In this document: positions 40,566 to 49,197 of the stretch, in pieces
How positions within the stretch are numbered: the first letter of the stretch is position 1
Layout: each line of letters begins with the position of its first letter
NCBI GenBank assembly: GCA_963771195.1
Contig: CAVYSS010000020.1
Location: forward strand, 43,486-107,485
Source: an uncultured Acidobacteriota bacterium
GTDB lineage: Bacteria; Acidobacteriota; Terriglobia; Terriglobales; Acidobacteriaceae
Direction: 5' to 3'
DNA: 64,000 bases
Position numbers and translations under genes: made by a program
Notes under the pieces: generated by a model
Databases searched by the model: none
What the model was told of the DNA's origin: nothing
Seen by the model: the letters and a program-made list of their open reading frames with translations, nothing else

Positions 40566-41363
40566 GTGACGGTTCCGTTCGGAGTCTCGCGTGAGTTCAC
40601 GGAAAGACTCTCCGCAGGGTTCTCCTTTGTTCCTGCGCTCTCGATGCTGCAGGTCATACCGGCGCCATTTTCCCCGCCGGTGATGGCGGGCAGCACGATG
40701 CCCTACTACCTCTCGGCGGGAAACAACGCACCCGCTTCGGGCATGGGTGCAAGTGCGGGAGTGCACTATGCCGCAGGGCCGATCAGCATCGGTGTTTCCT
40801 GGCGGTCACCGGTCTGGTTTCAAAAGTTCACCTGGAACCGCGAAGACCTGACCGGTGTATCCCATACGATGCACTTTCACATGGACCTGCCCCAGGTCGT
40901 ATCCGTGGGAGCCGGAATTGTCGCCCGCAAAGGCACACTGATTGGTGTCGATTTGCGCTGGTTTGACTACGCCAATACCGCCGGATTCGATAAGGTCGGA
41001 TACAACCCCGATGGTTCCCTCGCCGGTTTTGGATGGCGCAACATCTGGGCGGTTGGCGGCGGTATTCAGCAAAAGGTCGGTTCCTCAACCAAGCTGATGC
41101 TCGGCTACAACTACTCCGGAAATCCGATCCCGGCTGAGTACACGTTCTTCAACACGCCGGCTCCTGCCATCGTGCAGCATCACGTCTCCGGCGGCATTAT
41201 CCAGCACATGCGTGGGTGGGACGCCATGGCGACGTACTATCACGCCTTCCAGAATTCGATCACCGGCCCGTGGATTTCCGCTAAGGGGCCCATCCCGGGT
41301 ACCAGCGTAACCAGCAAAATGTCGGAAAACTCCGTAACGATCGGTTTCGGAAAGAGCTTTTAG
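40566..41363 (+). pseudogene. FadL/TodX-like outer-membrane beta-barrel, N-terminally truncated fragment
   Basis: Alternating beta-strand pattern and terminal ...SVTIGFGKSF (C-terminal Phe) typical of OMP transport proteins. Only 265 aa, no signal peptide, and an in-frame stop at 40527 just upstream. Confidence 0.5.
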
Positions 41364-41482
41364 TAAGCAGCGGGCGAACTGGGGAAGAGGTGCGAGGGTT
41401 CGCCCTCGTTGCTCCCGCTCTCGATTCTGTCCGCGAATGTTGCCTTGCAATCGGGCGGTGGAGAAGGTTGCCAATCGGGGAG

Positions 41483-42052
41483 ATGCTGGAAATGACGCCT
41501 AACGCTCGAACGGCAGACTTCGACGAACAACCAGACCGCGTCCTGCACGGAGCGGAAAGGCATGAGCCGGTGATTGCTGCGCGTGGATTGCTGTACAGTC
41601 AGGGCGATCTGCGACGTTCGCTTTCGCCGGCGTCGGTTTTCCGCCCCGCGTCGCGGCGCCTGTTCTTGAAAACGGGAATTACCTCTCTCGGTGCTCTCGC
41701 GCTCTGGATCATGGACCGGATAGCCTGGGATGCAGAGTCGATTCCTGAAAACTCGGAGACGACGCTCACCGTGTCCTGGAGTGCGGCGCAGGCGATTCAC
41801 TTTTACGACCCGATGATCGTCGTCAACCGTACAGACGCGGTCGCTGTCTTTTCATCCCAATGCCCGCACTTGGGCTGCCGGGTCAACCGAACCGAGGGCA
41901 GGGAGCTCGTCTGCCCCTGTCACGGTTCGCGATTCGACCTGGGCGGAAACGTTGTGCACGGTCCGGCAGCGCGGGGATTACGTTCTTTGCCGTTTGCGCT
42001 CGACCGTGCCAAAGCCGCGCTCCGCGTCACGCTGGGGAGCAGCCAGACGTGA
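41483..42052 (+). CDS. Rieske [2Fe-2S] protein with Tat-like signal anchor
   Basis: SRRLFLKTGITSLGALALW twin-Arg-like anchor. Cluster boxes CPHLGC and CPCHGS. Start uncertain (ATG 41390/41483/41492). Stop overlaps the cytochrome b start (GTGA). Confidence 0.88.
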   Translation: MLEMTPNARTADFDEQPDRVLHGAERHEPVIAARGLLYSQGDLRRSLSPASVFRPASRRLFLKTGITSLGALALWIMDRIAWDAESIPENSETTLTVSWSAAQAIHFYDPMIVVNRTDAVAVFSSQCPHLGCRVNRTEGRELVCPCHGSRFDLGGNVVHGPAARGLRSLPFALDRAKAALRVTLGSSQT

Positions 42053-43560
42053 AGCGCACGAATCCCAGCCTTTGGCGACGCATTCCGGGGATGGGAATGC
42101 TGGCCCTTGCTGCCTTTGTCCTGTGTGCCGCAACGGGCATCATGCTCGTACCCGCGTATCGCCCGTCGACGGCCCTCGATTCGCTCGCCCTTCTGTCGCT
42201 AAAAAACCCCGCGGGAGTCTTCGCGCGCAGTCTGCACTACTGGTCGGCGCAGGCGTTCCTGGTCCTCATGCTGGCACACGTTGTGGATCATCTGCTGCGC
42301 CACAGCGAAAGGCTCGTGCGCTTTGGGGTTTGGCTGCGTCTGGTGCTGACGATCCCGGTCATCGCCGCCATCTTGCTTTCGGGCTTTCTGCTGCGTGCGG
42401 ATGCAGCGGCCCAGCAGGCGCTTCCCGTGTTGAGGACACTGCTCGGCCTGATCCCGTTCGCCGGCGCGGCCATGCAACGGCTGCTCACCGGCACGGGTGC
42501 CGACCTCTCTACTATCTATCTTCACCACGCCTGTACCGCCACTCTGGTCATCTGGCTCGTCACTGTGGAACACACTCGGCGCATCCTGCCAGCGGTACAG
42601 TCGCTCGCGTGCATCGCGGTCCCGACCCTCCTACTTTCATTTTTTCTGGTACCCGGTCTGGAATGGCGCACGGCAGCGGTCGAAAAGGGACCATGGTACC
42701 TGGTCGGCCTGCAGGAGTTTCTGCACTGGCTGCCTCGCCCTCAGCTCGCTGTCTGGATTGGCGGCCTGGTTCTGGTGTTGCTGATCTTGTTGCCGGGATT
42801 CCCATCCCACATCCACCTCGCCCCTCGATACGCACTCGGCACCGTCGTGCTGTTCTATGTTGCGCTCACCCTGATCGGACTCACCTTGCGCGGCGATGGC
42901 TGGCGATGGACATCCCCCGCCACGGTTCTGGCCGGCGAAGCTGACTTTCTTTCTTACCGCGCCTACATCCCTCCCGCCAGAGGATTCGTGGAGACCAGCG
43001 TCCCCCTGATTAACGGCCAGCGCGAAGGATGCCTATCGTGCCACGGAAAGATGACCGGATTCGTCGCCGCCCATGATCCCGCAACGATCGGCTGTGCTGC
43101 CTGCCATTTCGGCAATCCATGGACGCTGGACAAGAAGCTCGCCCACGCCGGCATGACTCTCATGCCTGGCGATCTCTCGGTCGTTGCGCAGACCTGTGGC
43201 GCCCCCAACTGCCATACCGACCAGGCGCAGCGCGTGCACGCCTCGGTGATGAACACGATGAGCGGCGTCGTGGCGATAGACAAGTTTGCCTTTGGTGAAA
43301 ACACCGAACTCGACGCGCGCTACGACCTGGCGGCTTTGAAACATACTGCTGCCGATACCCATCTGCGCAACCTCTGTGCGTCCTGTCATCTCGGCCAGGG
43401 CAAGAGCCATCCCGGCCCCATCAACGAGACGGACCGCGGCGGGGGCTGCTCGGCTTGCCATCTCCGGTACGATCCCTCTGCCGCTGACGAATTGCGGGCA
43501 CGCCCGGCATCCGCCGCGCCTTTGCATCATCCGGATATTTCTGTCCATGTTCCGAAGTAG
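42049..43560 (+). CDS. Cytochrome b (b6/subunit IV-like) fused to multihaem cytochrome c, N-terminal part up to an in-frame TAG
   Basis: GTG 42049. Haem-b His pairs in LHYWSAQAFLVLMLAHVVDH and IYLHHACTATLVIWLVTVEH. PEWY-like GPWYLVGLQEFLHW. Then CLSCH, CAACH, CGAPNCH (CX4CH), CASCH, CSACH. Ends at TAG 43558-43560. Confidence 0.85.
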   Translation: MKRTNPSLWRRIPGMGMLALAAFVLCAATGIMLVPAYRPSTALDSLALLSLKNPAGVFARSLHYWSAQAFLVLMLAHVVDHLLRHSERLVRFGVWLRLVLTIPVIAAILLSGFLLRADAAAQQALPVLRTLLGLIPFAGAAMQRLLTGTGADLSTIYLHHACTATLVIWLVTVEHTRRILPAVQSLACIAVPTLLLSFFLVPGLEWRTAAVEKGPWYLVGLQEFLHWLPRPQLAVWIGGLVLVLLILLPGFPSHIHLAPRYALGTVVLFYVALTLIGLTLRGDGWRWTSPATVLAGEADFLSYRAYIPPARGFVETSVPLINGQREGCLSCHGKMTGFVAAHDPATIGCAACHFGNPWTLDKKLAHAGMTLMPGDLSVVAQTCGAPNCHTDQAQRVHASVMNTMSGVVAIDKFAFGENTELDARYDLAALKHTAADTHLRNLCASCHLGQGKSHPGPINETDRGGGCSACHLRYDPSAADELRARPASAAPLHHPDISVHVPK

Positions 43561-43740
43561 GCCTGCTTCGGCTGCCACAGCCGGTCCGGACGCATTGCAA
43601 CCAGCTATGAGGGCTGGCACGAGACGCTAATAGACGAAAAGGCGGCGCAGGCGTCCCCGGGATGGCCCGCGCAGTTTCGCGTCCTCGGGGATGGACGCGT
43701 CTTCGAAAAACACGCTGCCGACATTCATGCGGATAAGGGT

Positions 43741-44808
43741 ATGACGTGTATCGACTGCCATCAGGCATCCGAAGCGATGGGCGATGGCGCGACCCATGCC
43801 CATGAACGCGATGCCATCAAAATCGCCTGCGTGGATTGCCATGCCGTGCGCAAGACCGCAGCGAAAGAGTATGGCGAGCTCGACTCCGAGACGCAGCAAA
43901 TCGTCGCGATGCGCCGGTTGAACGAACCCGGCCGCAAGTTCGTGGTCAGCGAATCCGGAGCCGCGGCCTATCCAAATATGTTTCTCGACCATGGCGGACG
44001 TCCCGTGCTCTCCGTGATGGACTCCACAAAAGTCCTGAAGCCGAAACCGATGGCCGAAGCGTGCACCGCAGCCATGCATCAGAGGCTGGAGTGTTCCGCC
44101 TGCCATACCCCATGGACTCCGCAGTGCATTTCCTGCCACACCTCCTTCAACCGGAGTACACAGGGCTGGGATTATCTCGCGGGCAAGTATGTTGATGGCG
44201 AATGGCAGGAAGAGCCGGCTAACTATCTGAGCGACGCGCCCGCACTTGGCATCGAGCGCATCTCCTCGTCCGACGGTAAATCAGCAGAACGCATCACCAC
44301 CTTCATCCCCGGAATGATTCTGCACCTGGACATCCCTGTCGGTGCTCGAAAAAACCAACCTGAATTCCGTCGCCTTTTTGCTCCCGCCTCGGCGCACACG
44401 ACAGCGACCCGGGCCCGGGACTGCCGATCCTGCCATACCAATCCAGCAGCCCTCGGCTACGGACGAGGCCAACTCAAATATGTCGTCACGGGTCGAACGG
44501 CTGCGTGGCGGTTCACCCCGCAATTTGCCAGCAGCCCGGAAGATGGTCTGCCGTCCGATGCCTGGATCGGCTTCATGCAGGAGCCCAGCGGACGTTCGGC
44601 CACACGCAAAGGGGCCCGCCCGTTCTCGCTCGATGAGCAGCAAAGGATCCTCCAAGTCGGCGCCTGTCTTGCTTGTCACAACGAGAAGGACCGCCGCGTT
44701 GCCCGGGTCTTCGCGAATTTCAAAGACTATCGCTCAACCCTCAGCCCGCAATGCTTCCTCCCCGCGTGGCCGGATCGATCTCCTCTGCTTGCAGGACCAA
44801 CACAATGA
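43741..44808 (+). CDS. Multihaem cytochrome c segment (same frame as 42049..43560; probably its continuation from 43561)
   Basis: CIDCH, CVDCH, CSACH, CISCH, CRSCH, CLACH. No signal peptide at ATG 43741. The 180 nt between the TAG and this ATG are open in the same frame and encode a further CFGCH (43564-43578). Confidence 0.8.
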   Translation: MTCIDCHQASEAMGDGATHAHERDAIKIACVDCHAVRKTAAKEYGELDSETQQIVAMRRLNEPGRKFVVSESGAAAYPNMFLDHGGRPVLSVMDSTKVLKPKPMAEACTAAMHQRLECSACHTPWTPQCISCHTSFNRSTQGWDYLAGKYVDGEWQEEPANYLSDAPALGIERISSSDGKSAERITTFIPGMILHLDIPVGARKNQPEFRRLFAPASAHTTATRARDCRSCHTNPAALGYGRGQLKYVVTGRTAAWRFTPQFASSPEDGLPSDAWIGFMQEPSGRSATRKGARPFSLDEQQRILQVGACLACHNEKDRRVARVFANFKDYRSTLSPQCFLPAWPDRSPLLAGPTQ

Positions 44809-44860
44809 CATCTCGAATCAATTCCGTAAGTACCACATCGAGAGAAAGGCAACCGTCCCG

Positions 44861-47050
44861 ATGATGAACCTTTCCCGTCGACGCTTCCTGAAGATCGGTG
44901 CCGGAACCATGGCCGCAGCCGGCTCGCTGGATGCCTCGCTTCGTGTACTGGCCGGGTCCGGCAAGCATGCTGAGCGCGGCACTCGCGCGGTGCCGACGTT
45001 CTGCAATCTCTGCTTCTGGGAGTGCGGCGCCATCGCTACTGTTCGCGACGGCAAGTTATGGAAGATTGAAGGCAATCCGCTCGATCCCCTGTCCCGCGGC
45101 CGCCTTTGCCCCCGCGGCACTGGCGGAATCGGTGCGCATTTCGATCGCGACCGCCTTCGTTCTCCGCTCCTCCGTGTGAGCAAGCGCGGCGAGGAAAAGT
45201 GGAAGGCGGTCACCTGGGATGAGGCGCTCAGCTTCGTTGCGGACAAGATGCAGAAGATCAAGGCGCAATATGGACCGGAGTCTTTCGCAGCGTTCATCCA
45301 CGGCCTGGGCGGACGGTTCTTCAAACACACGCTTCGCGCTTATGGAACAGAGAACATTGCGGCTCCCTCGTTTGCGCAGTGTCGTGGACCCCGCGATGTC
45401 GGCTTTACGCTCACCTTCGGTGACGGTGTGGGTTCCCCGGAGAGAACCGATATCGCAAACGCCCAGTGCATCGTTTTGATCGGATCTCACATTGGCGAGA
45501 ACATGCACAACACTCAGGTGCAGGAATTTGCAGAGGCTGTAGGAAACGGCGCAAGCATCATCGTGGTCGACCCGCGCTTCTCCGTTGCCGCCAGCAAGGC
45601 CAAATTTTATCTTCCCGTAAAACCCGGCACCGATTTGGCACTGCTGCTCGCCTGGATGAATGTCATCGTCAGCGAAAATCTTTACGACAAGGATTACGTC
45701 GATCAGTACGGTTTCGGCTTCGAGCGGTTCACGGCAGAGATTCAGGCCTTCACGCCGGAATGGGCATACCCGGAAACCGGCATCGATCCCGACCTGATTC
45801 GCGCAACTGCCCGCGAGATGGCGCGCTATCGCCCCGCAACGCTCATCCATCCCGGACGCCACTCCAGCTGGTATGGCGACGACGCCCAGCGCAGTCGCGC
45901 CATCGCCCTGCTGAACGCACTGATGGGCAGTTGGGGGCGCAAAGGTGGCCTTTATATGCCTGCGGAGATGGAAATTCCGGGCTATCCCGTTCCGGCGTAT
46001 CCGAAGTCGAAGAGGCCGCCGGTCGACAATCCCAACAACAAATATCCATTCGCGGATGAAGCGATCAGCACCGGAATCCGCGAAGCCACCTTGACCGGCG
46101 CGCCCTATCCGATCAAAGGCTGGCTGGTCTACGCGACCAATCTCCTCTATTCTCTGCCCAATCAGGCCGAGACAATTCGAGCGATTCAGAATCTCGATCT
46201 GTTCGTCGTTGTCGATACGATTCCGAGCGAGATCGCCTGCTGGGCGGATGTGGTTTTACCTGAATCGATCTATCTGGAACGTTACGACGAGCTACACTCC
46301 GAACCTTTCCGGCAATCCTTTATCGCGCTGCGCCAGCCTGTCGTCGATGCGCCCGGAGACCAGAAGCCAAACTGGTGGATCGCCAAAACGCTCGCGGAAA
46401 AGCTGGGACTAAGCGCGTACTACCCGTGGAACAACATCGGGGAGTATCTTGCGGCGCGCCTCAAAGCGGCCGGCTATAGCTTCGAAGACCTGAAGCGCGA
46501 CGGCGTTCTGCTCGGCCCGCAACGGCCCATATACTTCGAAGACGGAGCGCCGGCTGTGTTCGACACGCCGTCAAAGAAGATCGAGTTTTATTCGCTGCAA
46601 CTGCAGAAAGCCGGCTTCGATCCCGTTCCCAAATACACGCCTCCAGACCCGCCGCCGGAAGGTTCCTATCGGCTGCTGTTCGGCCGCGCCCCGATGCACT
46701 CCTTCAGCCGTACCCAGACCAATCCTCTGCTCGTGGACCTGCAGAGCGAGAACTCGGTTTGGGTCAATAAGGGAGAGGCGCAAAGACTCGGACTGAAGAG
46801 CGGGGACTATATCCGTCTTCGCAATCTCGACGGTCAGGTAAGCAACAGGATTCTTGTCAAGGCTACGGAACGCATTCGTCCGGATTGCGTGTACATGACC
46901 CATGGCTGGGGACATACATCGAAGGAGCTTCACAGCGCCTTCGGCAAAGGCGCGAGCGATTCGCAGCTGATTACGCGCTATAAGACGGACCCATTAATGG
47001 GCGGCACAGGTATGAACGTGAATTTTGTCACGCTCGAGACGGAGGTCTGA
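44861..47050 (+). CDS. Tat-exported molybdopterin (bis-MGD) oxidoreductase catalytic subunit, Psr/Phs/Ttr-like
   Basis: MMNLSRRRFLKIGAGTMAAAGS Tat signal. N-terminal 4Fe-4S box CNLCFWEC...CPRG. Molybdopterin oxidoreductase and C-terminal dinucleotide-binding blocks (..VWVNKGEAQRLGLKSGDYIRL.., ..VYMTHGWGH..). Confidence 0.9.
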   Translation: MMNLSRRRFLKIGAGTMAAAGSLDASLRVLAGSGKHAERGTRAVPTFCNLCFWECGAIATVRDGKLWKIEGNPLDPLSRGRLCPRGTGGIGAHFDRDRLRSPLLRVSKRGEEKWKAVTWDEALSFVADKMQKIKAQYGPESFAAFIHGLGGRFFKHTLRAYGTENIAAPSFAQCRGPRDVGFTLTFGDGVGSPERTDIANAQCIVLIGSHIGENMHNTQVQEFAEAVGNGASIIVVDPRFSVAASKAKFYLPVKPGTDLALLLAWMNVIVSENLYDKDYVDQYGFGFERFTAEIQAFTPEWAYPETGIDPDLIRATAREMARYRPATLIHPGRHSSWYGDDAQRSRAIALLNALMGSWGRKGGLYMPAEMEIPGYPVPAYPKSKRPPVDNPNNKYPFADEAISTGIREATLTGAPYPIKGWLVYATNLLYSLPNQAETIRAIQNLDLFVVVDTIPSEIACWADVVLPESIYLERYDELHSEPFRQSFIALRQPVVDAPGDQKPNWWIAKTLAEKLGLSAYYPWNNIGEYLAARLKAAGYSFEDLKRDGVLLGPQRPIYFEDGAPAVFDTPSKKIEFYSLQLQKAGFDPVPKYTPPDPPPEGSYRLLFGRAPMHSFSRTQTNPLLVDLQSENSVWVNKGEAQRLGLKSGDYIRLRNLDGQVSNRILVKATERIRPDCVYMTHGWGHTSKELHSAFGKGASDSQLITRYKTDPLMGGTGMNVNFVTLETEV

Positions 47051-47052
47051 AC

Positions 47053-47592
47053 ATGTACCGTTTCGCCATGGTTATCGATACGCGGAGGTGCGTGGGCTGC
47101 CACGATTGCGTGGTGGCCTGCAAGACTGAAAACGGCGTTCCGGAAGGCTACAGCCGCGACTGGATCGCGGAAGAGGTCCACGGCGCTTTTCCCACTCTGC
47201 AGATGGAGATCCGTTCGGAACGATGCAATCACTGCGACAATCCTCCGTGCGTCTCCTGCTGCCCGACCGGAGCAAGTCATATCCATGAGCAGGGCGGCGT
47301 GGTGCTGGTCGACCACGACAAATGTATTGGCTGCAAAGCCTGCATCGCGGCATGCCCTTATGACGCACGCTTCATTCATCCGGACGGCTATGTCGACAAA
47401 TGTACCTTCTGCATCCACCGCGTCGAGCGCGGCCTTGATCCGGCCTGCGTTTCCGTCCGCCCCACGCACTGCATGCACTTCGGAGATATCGACGATCCGC
47501 AGTCCGAAGTGAGCCAGTTACTTAACTCGCGCCCGTATCACGCACTGTTGCCGGAAGCGGGAACCAAACCATGCATCTTCTATCTGACTTAG
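47053..47592 (+). CDS. Four-cluster 4Fe-4S ferredoxin subunit (PsrB/DmsB-like)
   Basis: CVGCHDCVVAC, CNHCDNPPCVSCCP, CIGCKACIAACP, CTFC...ACVSVRP. The last cluster has Arg where CP is expected (see findings). Confidence 0.92.
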   Translation: MYRFAMVIDTRRCVGCHDCVVACKTENGVPEGYSRDWIAEEVHGAFPTLQMEIRSERCNHCDNPPCVSCCPTGASHIHEQGGVVLVDHDKCIGCKACIAACPYDARFIHPDGYVDKCTFCIHRVERGLDPACVSVRPTHCMHFGDIDDPQSEVSQLLNSRPYHALLPEAGTKPCIFYLT

Positions 47593-47598
47593 GCAAAC

Positions 47599-48651
47599 AT
47601 GAACACACTTACTGAATTATCTTTGTCTCGACACAATCCGCTGGTAGATCCGACCCTTGATGTCTGGCAATGGCAAATCCCGATCTACCTCTTTCTGGGC
47701 GGACTGGTTGCCGGGTTGATGATCATCGCCGGCGTACGGCTTATCACAATTCGCCCCACACAGCGCGAGGCCCTTGTGTGTTGCACCATCGGACCCCTGG
47801 CCGGTCTGGCATTCCTCAGTCTCGGTATGTTCGTGCTGTTTCTCGACCTGTCCCACAAGCTCTATGTCTGGCGACTCTATACCACATTGCAGATTACTTC
47901 GCCGATGTCCTGGGGCTCGTGGATTCTGCTTTTGGTCTATCCCGCCCTGGCCGCGAATGCGCTGGCTCATCTCCCGGAGGCTGTTCCAGCACTGGCGAAG
48001 CGCTTTCCTGTTTTGACTACATGGAGCGACTTCATCCTGTCCCGCACACGTCTGGTGGTGGCTATTGGCATCGCCAATGTCCTGGTAGGAATTGGCCTCG
48101 GTATTTATACCGGCATCCTTTTGGGTACGCTTGGCGCGCGCCCGCTCTGGAACAGCGCCCTGCTTGGCCCGCTCTTCCTGTTCTCCGGTCTCTCAACAGC
48201 AGCTGCGCTGCTGCATGGGATTCTGGTTCTCTCTTCTTCCGGGGAAGAGCTGCCAGGGTTCGCCGACTTCCTGCTCTCCTCTCTCACGCGGCTGGCTCAG
48301 GCGCGGCCGCTCGATCAAGGGGCCGCCCCGGTCCTGGCGGGCGCTGACAACAGCTTCCTCACCATTGAACTGGGCATCCTCAGTCTGTTCCTGATCGGCC
48401 AGCTTACATCGACCGCAGTTCATCAGCAAGCCGCCTCGCTTCTTCTCAGCGGCCCCTATGCAGCTGTCTTCTGGATCTTCGTAATCTCTCTGGGCATCGT
48501 TTTGCCCCTCATCCTGCAAACGCTCGAGTTGCAGAATTCCATTCGCCACACGCTGGCGCCGGCTGTTCTTGTCATTTTCGGCGGACTTGCACTTCGCTTC
48601 ATTCTTGTCTACGCAGGCCAGCAAAGCCATTGGTTTCATGCAGTGAATTAA
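47599..48651 (+). CDS. NrfD/PsrC-family integral membrane quinol-interacting anchor
   Basis: 350 aa with about 8-9 TM helices. N-terminal WQWQIPIYLFLGGLVAG motif typical of NrfD-like subunits. Immediately follows the FeS subunit. Confidence 0.88.
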   Translation: MNTLTELSLSRHNPLVDPTLDVWQWQIPIYLFLGGLVAGLMIIAGVRLITIRPTQREALVCCTIGPLAGLAFLSLGMFVLFLDLSHKLYVWRLYTTLQITSPMSWGSWILLLVYPALAANALAHLPEAVPALAKRFPVLTTWSDFILSRTRLVVAIGIANVLVGIGLGIYTGILLGTLGARPLWNSALLGPLFLFSGLSTAAALLHGILVLSSSGEELPGFADFLLSSLTRLAQARPLDQGAAPVLAGADNSFLTIELGILSLFLIGQLTSTAVHQQAASLLLSGPYAAVFWIFVISLGIVLPLILQTLELQNSIRHTLAPAVLVIFGGLALRFILVYAGQQSHWFHAVN

Positions 48652-48665
48652 CGGAGGAAGAATTC

Positions 48666-49196
48666 ATGAATTCGGAACAACAAACTCCCCAGCCCTACTG
48701 GAATTCTTATTGGGCTGGATTTGGACTTGGCCTCGTGTTACTGGCCTCCTTCGTCATTATGGGACGCGGACTGGGAGCGTCAGGCGCTTTCACGACCGTC
48801 GTCGCCGCTGCGGTGCACCAGATTGCCCCGGCGCATGCCGAAAATAGTCCCTTCTACTCTGAGTATCTCGGCGACGGCTCGCGCAGCCCTCTCAAGGACT
48901 GGCTGGTATTCGAAGTTCTGGGAGTCTTTGTCGGCGGCTTTCTCTCCGGTGTCCTCGCCAATCGGTTGAAGCTCACGGTGGAACAAGGCCCTCGCAGCAC
49001 GACGGTCCGCCGCCTTGCTTTTGCATTTGTGGGCGGAGGCCTGATGGGTATTGGCGCAAAGATCGCTCTCGGCTGCACCAGCGGTCAGGCGCTTACTGGC
49101 GGCGCCCTGCTCAACGTCGGCAGCTGGGTCTTTATGTGGTGTGTATTCGGCGGCGCCTACGCGGTGGCTTACTTCTTCAGAAAGCAATGGATCTGA
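48666..49196 (+). CDS. YeeE/YedE-family sulfur-compound transport protein (half-size)
   Basis: ATG after GGAGGAAG. GRGLGASGAFT and ALGCTSGQALTGG motifs characteristic of YeeE/YedE. Confidence 0.8.
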   Translation: MNSEQQTPQPYWNSYWAGFGLGLVLLASFVIMGRGLGASGAFTTVVAAAVHQIAPAHAENSPFYSEYLGDGSRSPLKDWLVFEVLGVFVGGFLSGVLANRLKLTVEQGPRSTTVRRLAFAFVGGGLMGIGAKIALGCTSGQALTGGALLNVGSWVFMWCVFGGAYAVAYFFRKQWI

Positions 49197-49197
49197 T

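Noticed and set aside
43558-43560. TAG as a pyrrolysine codon (or other programmed recoding)
   Set aside because: No pyl genes or recoding signal can be seen in the window, and the lineage is not one known to use Pyl. I report it as a stop, mutation or error of unknown status rather than as recoding.
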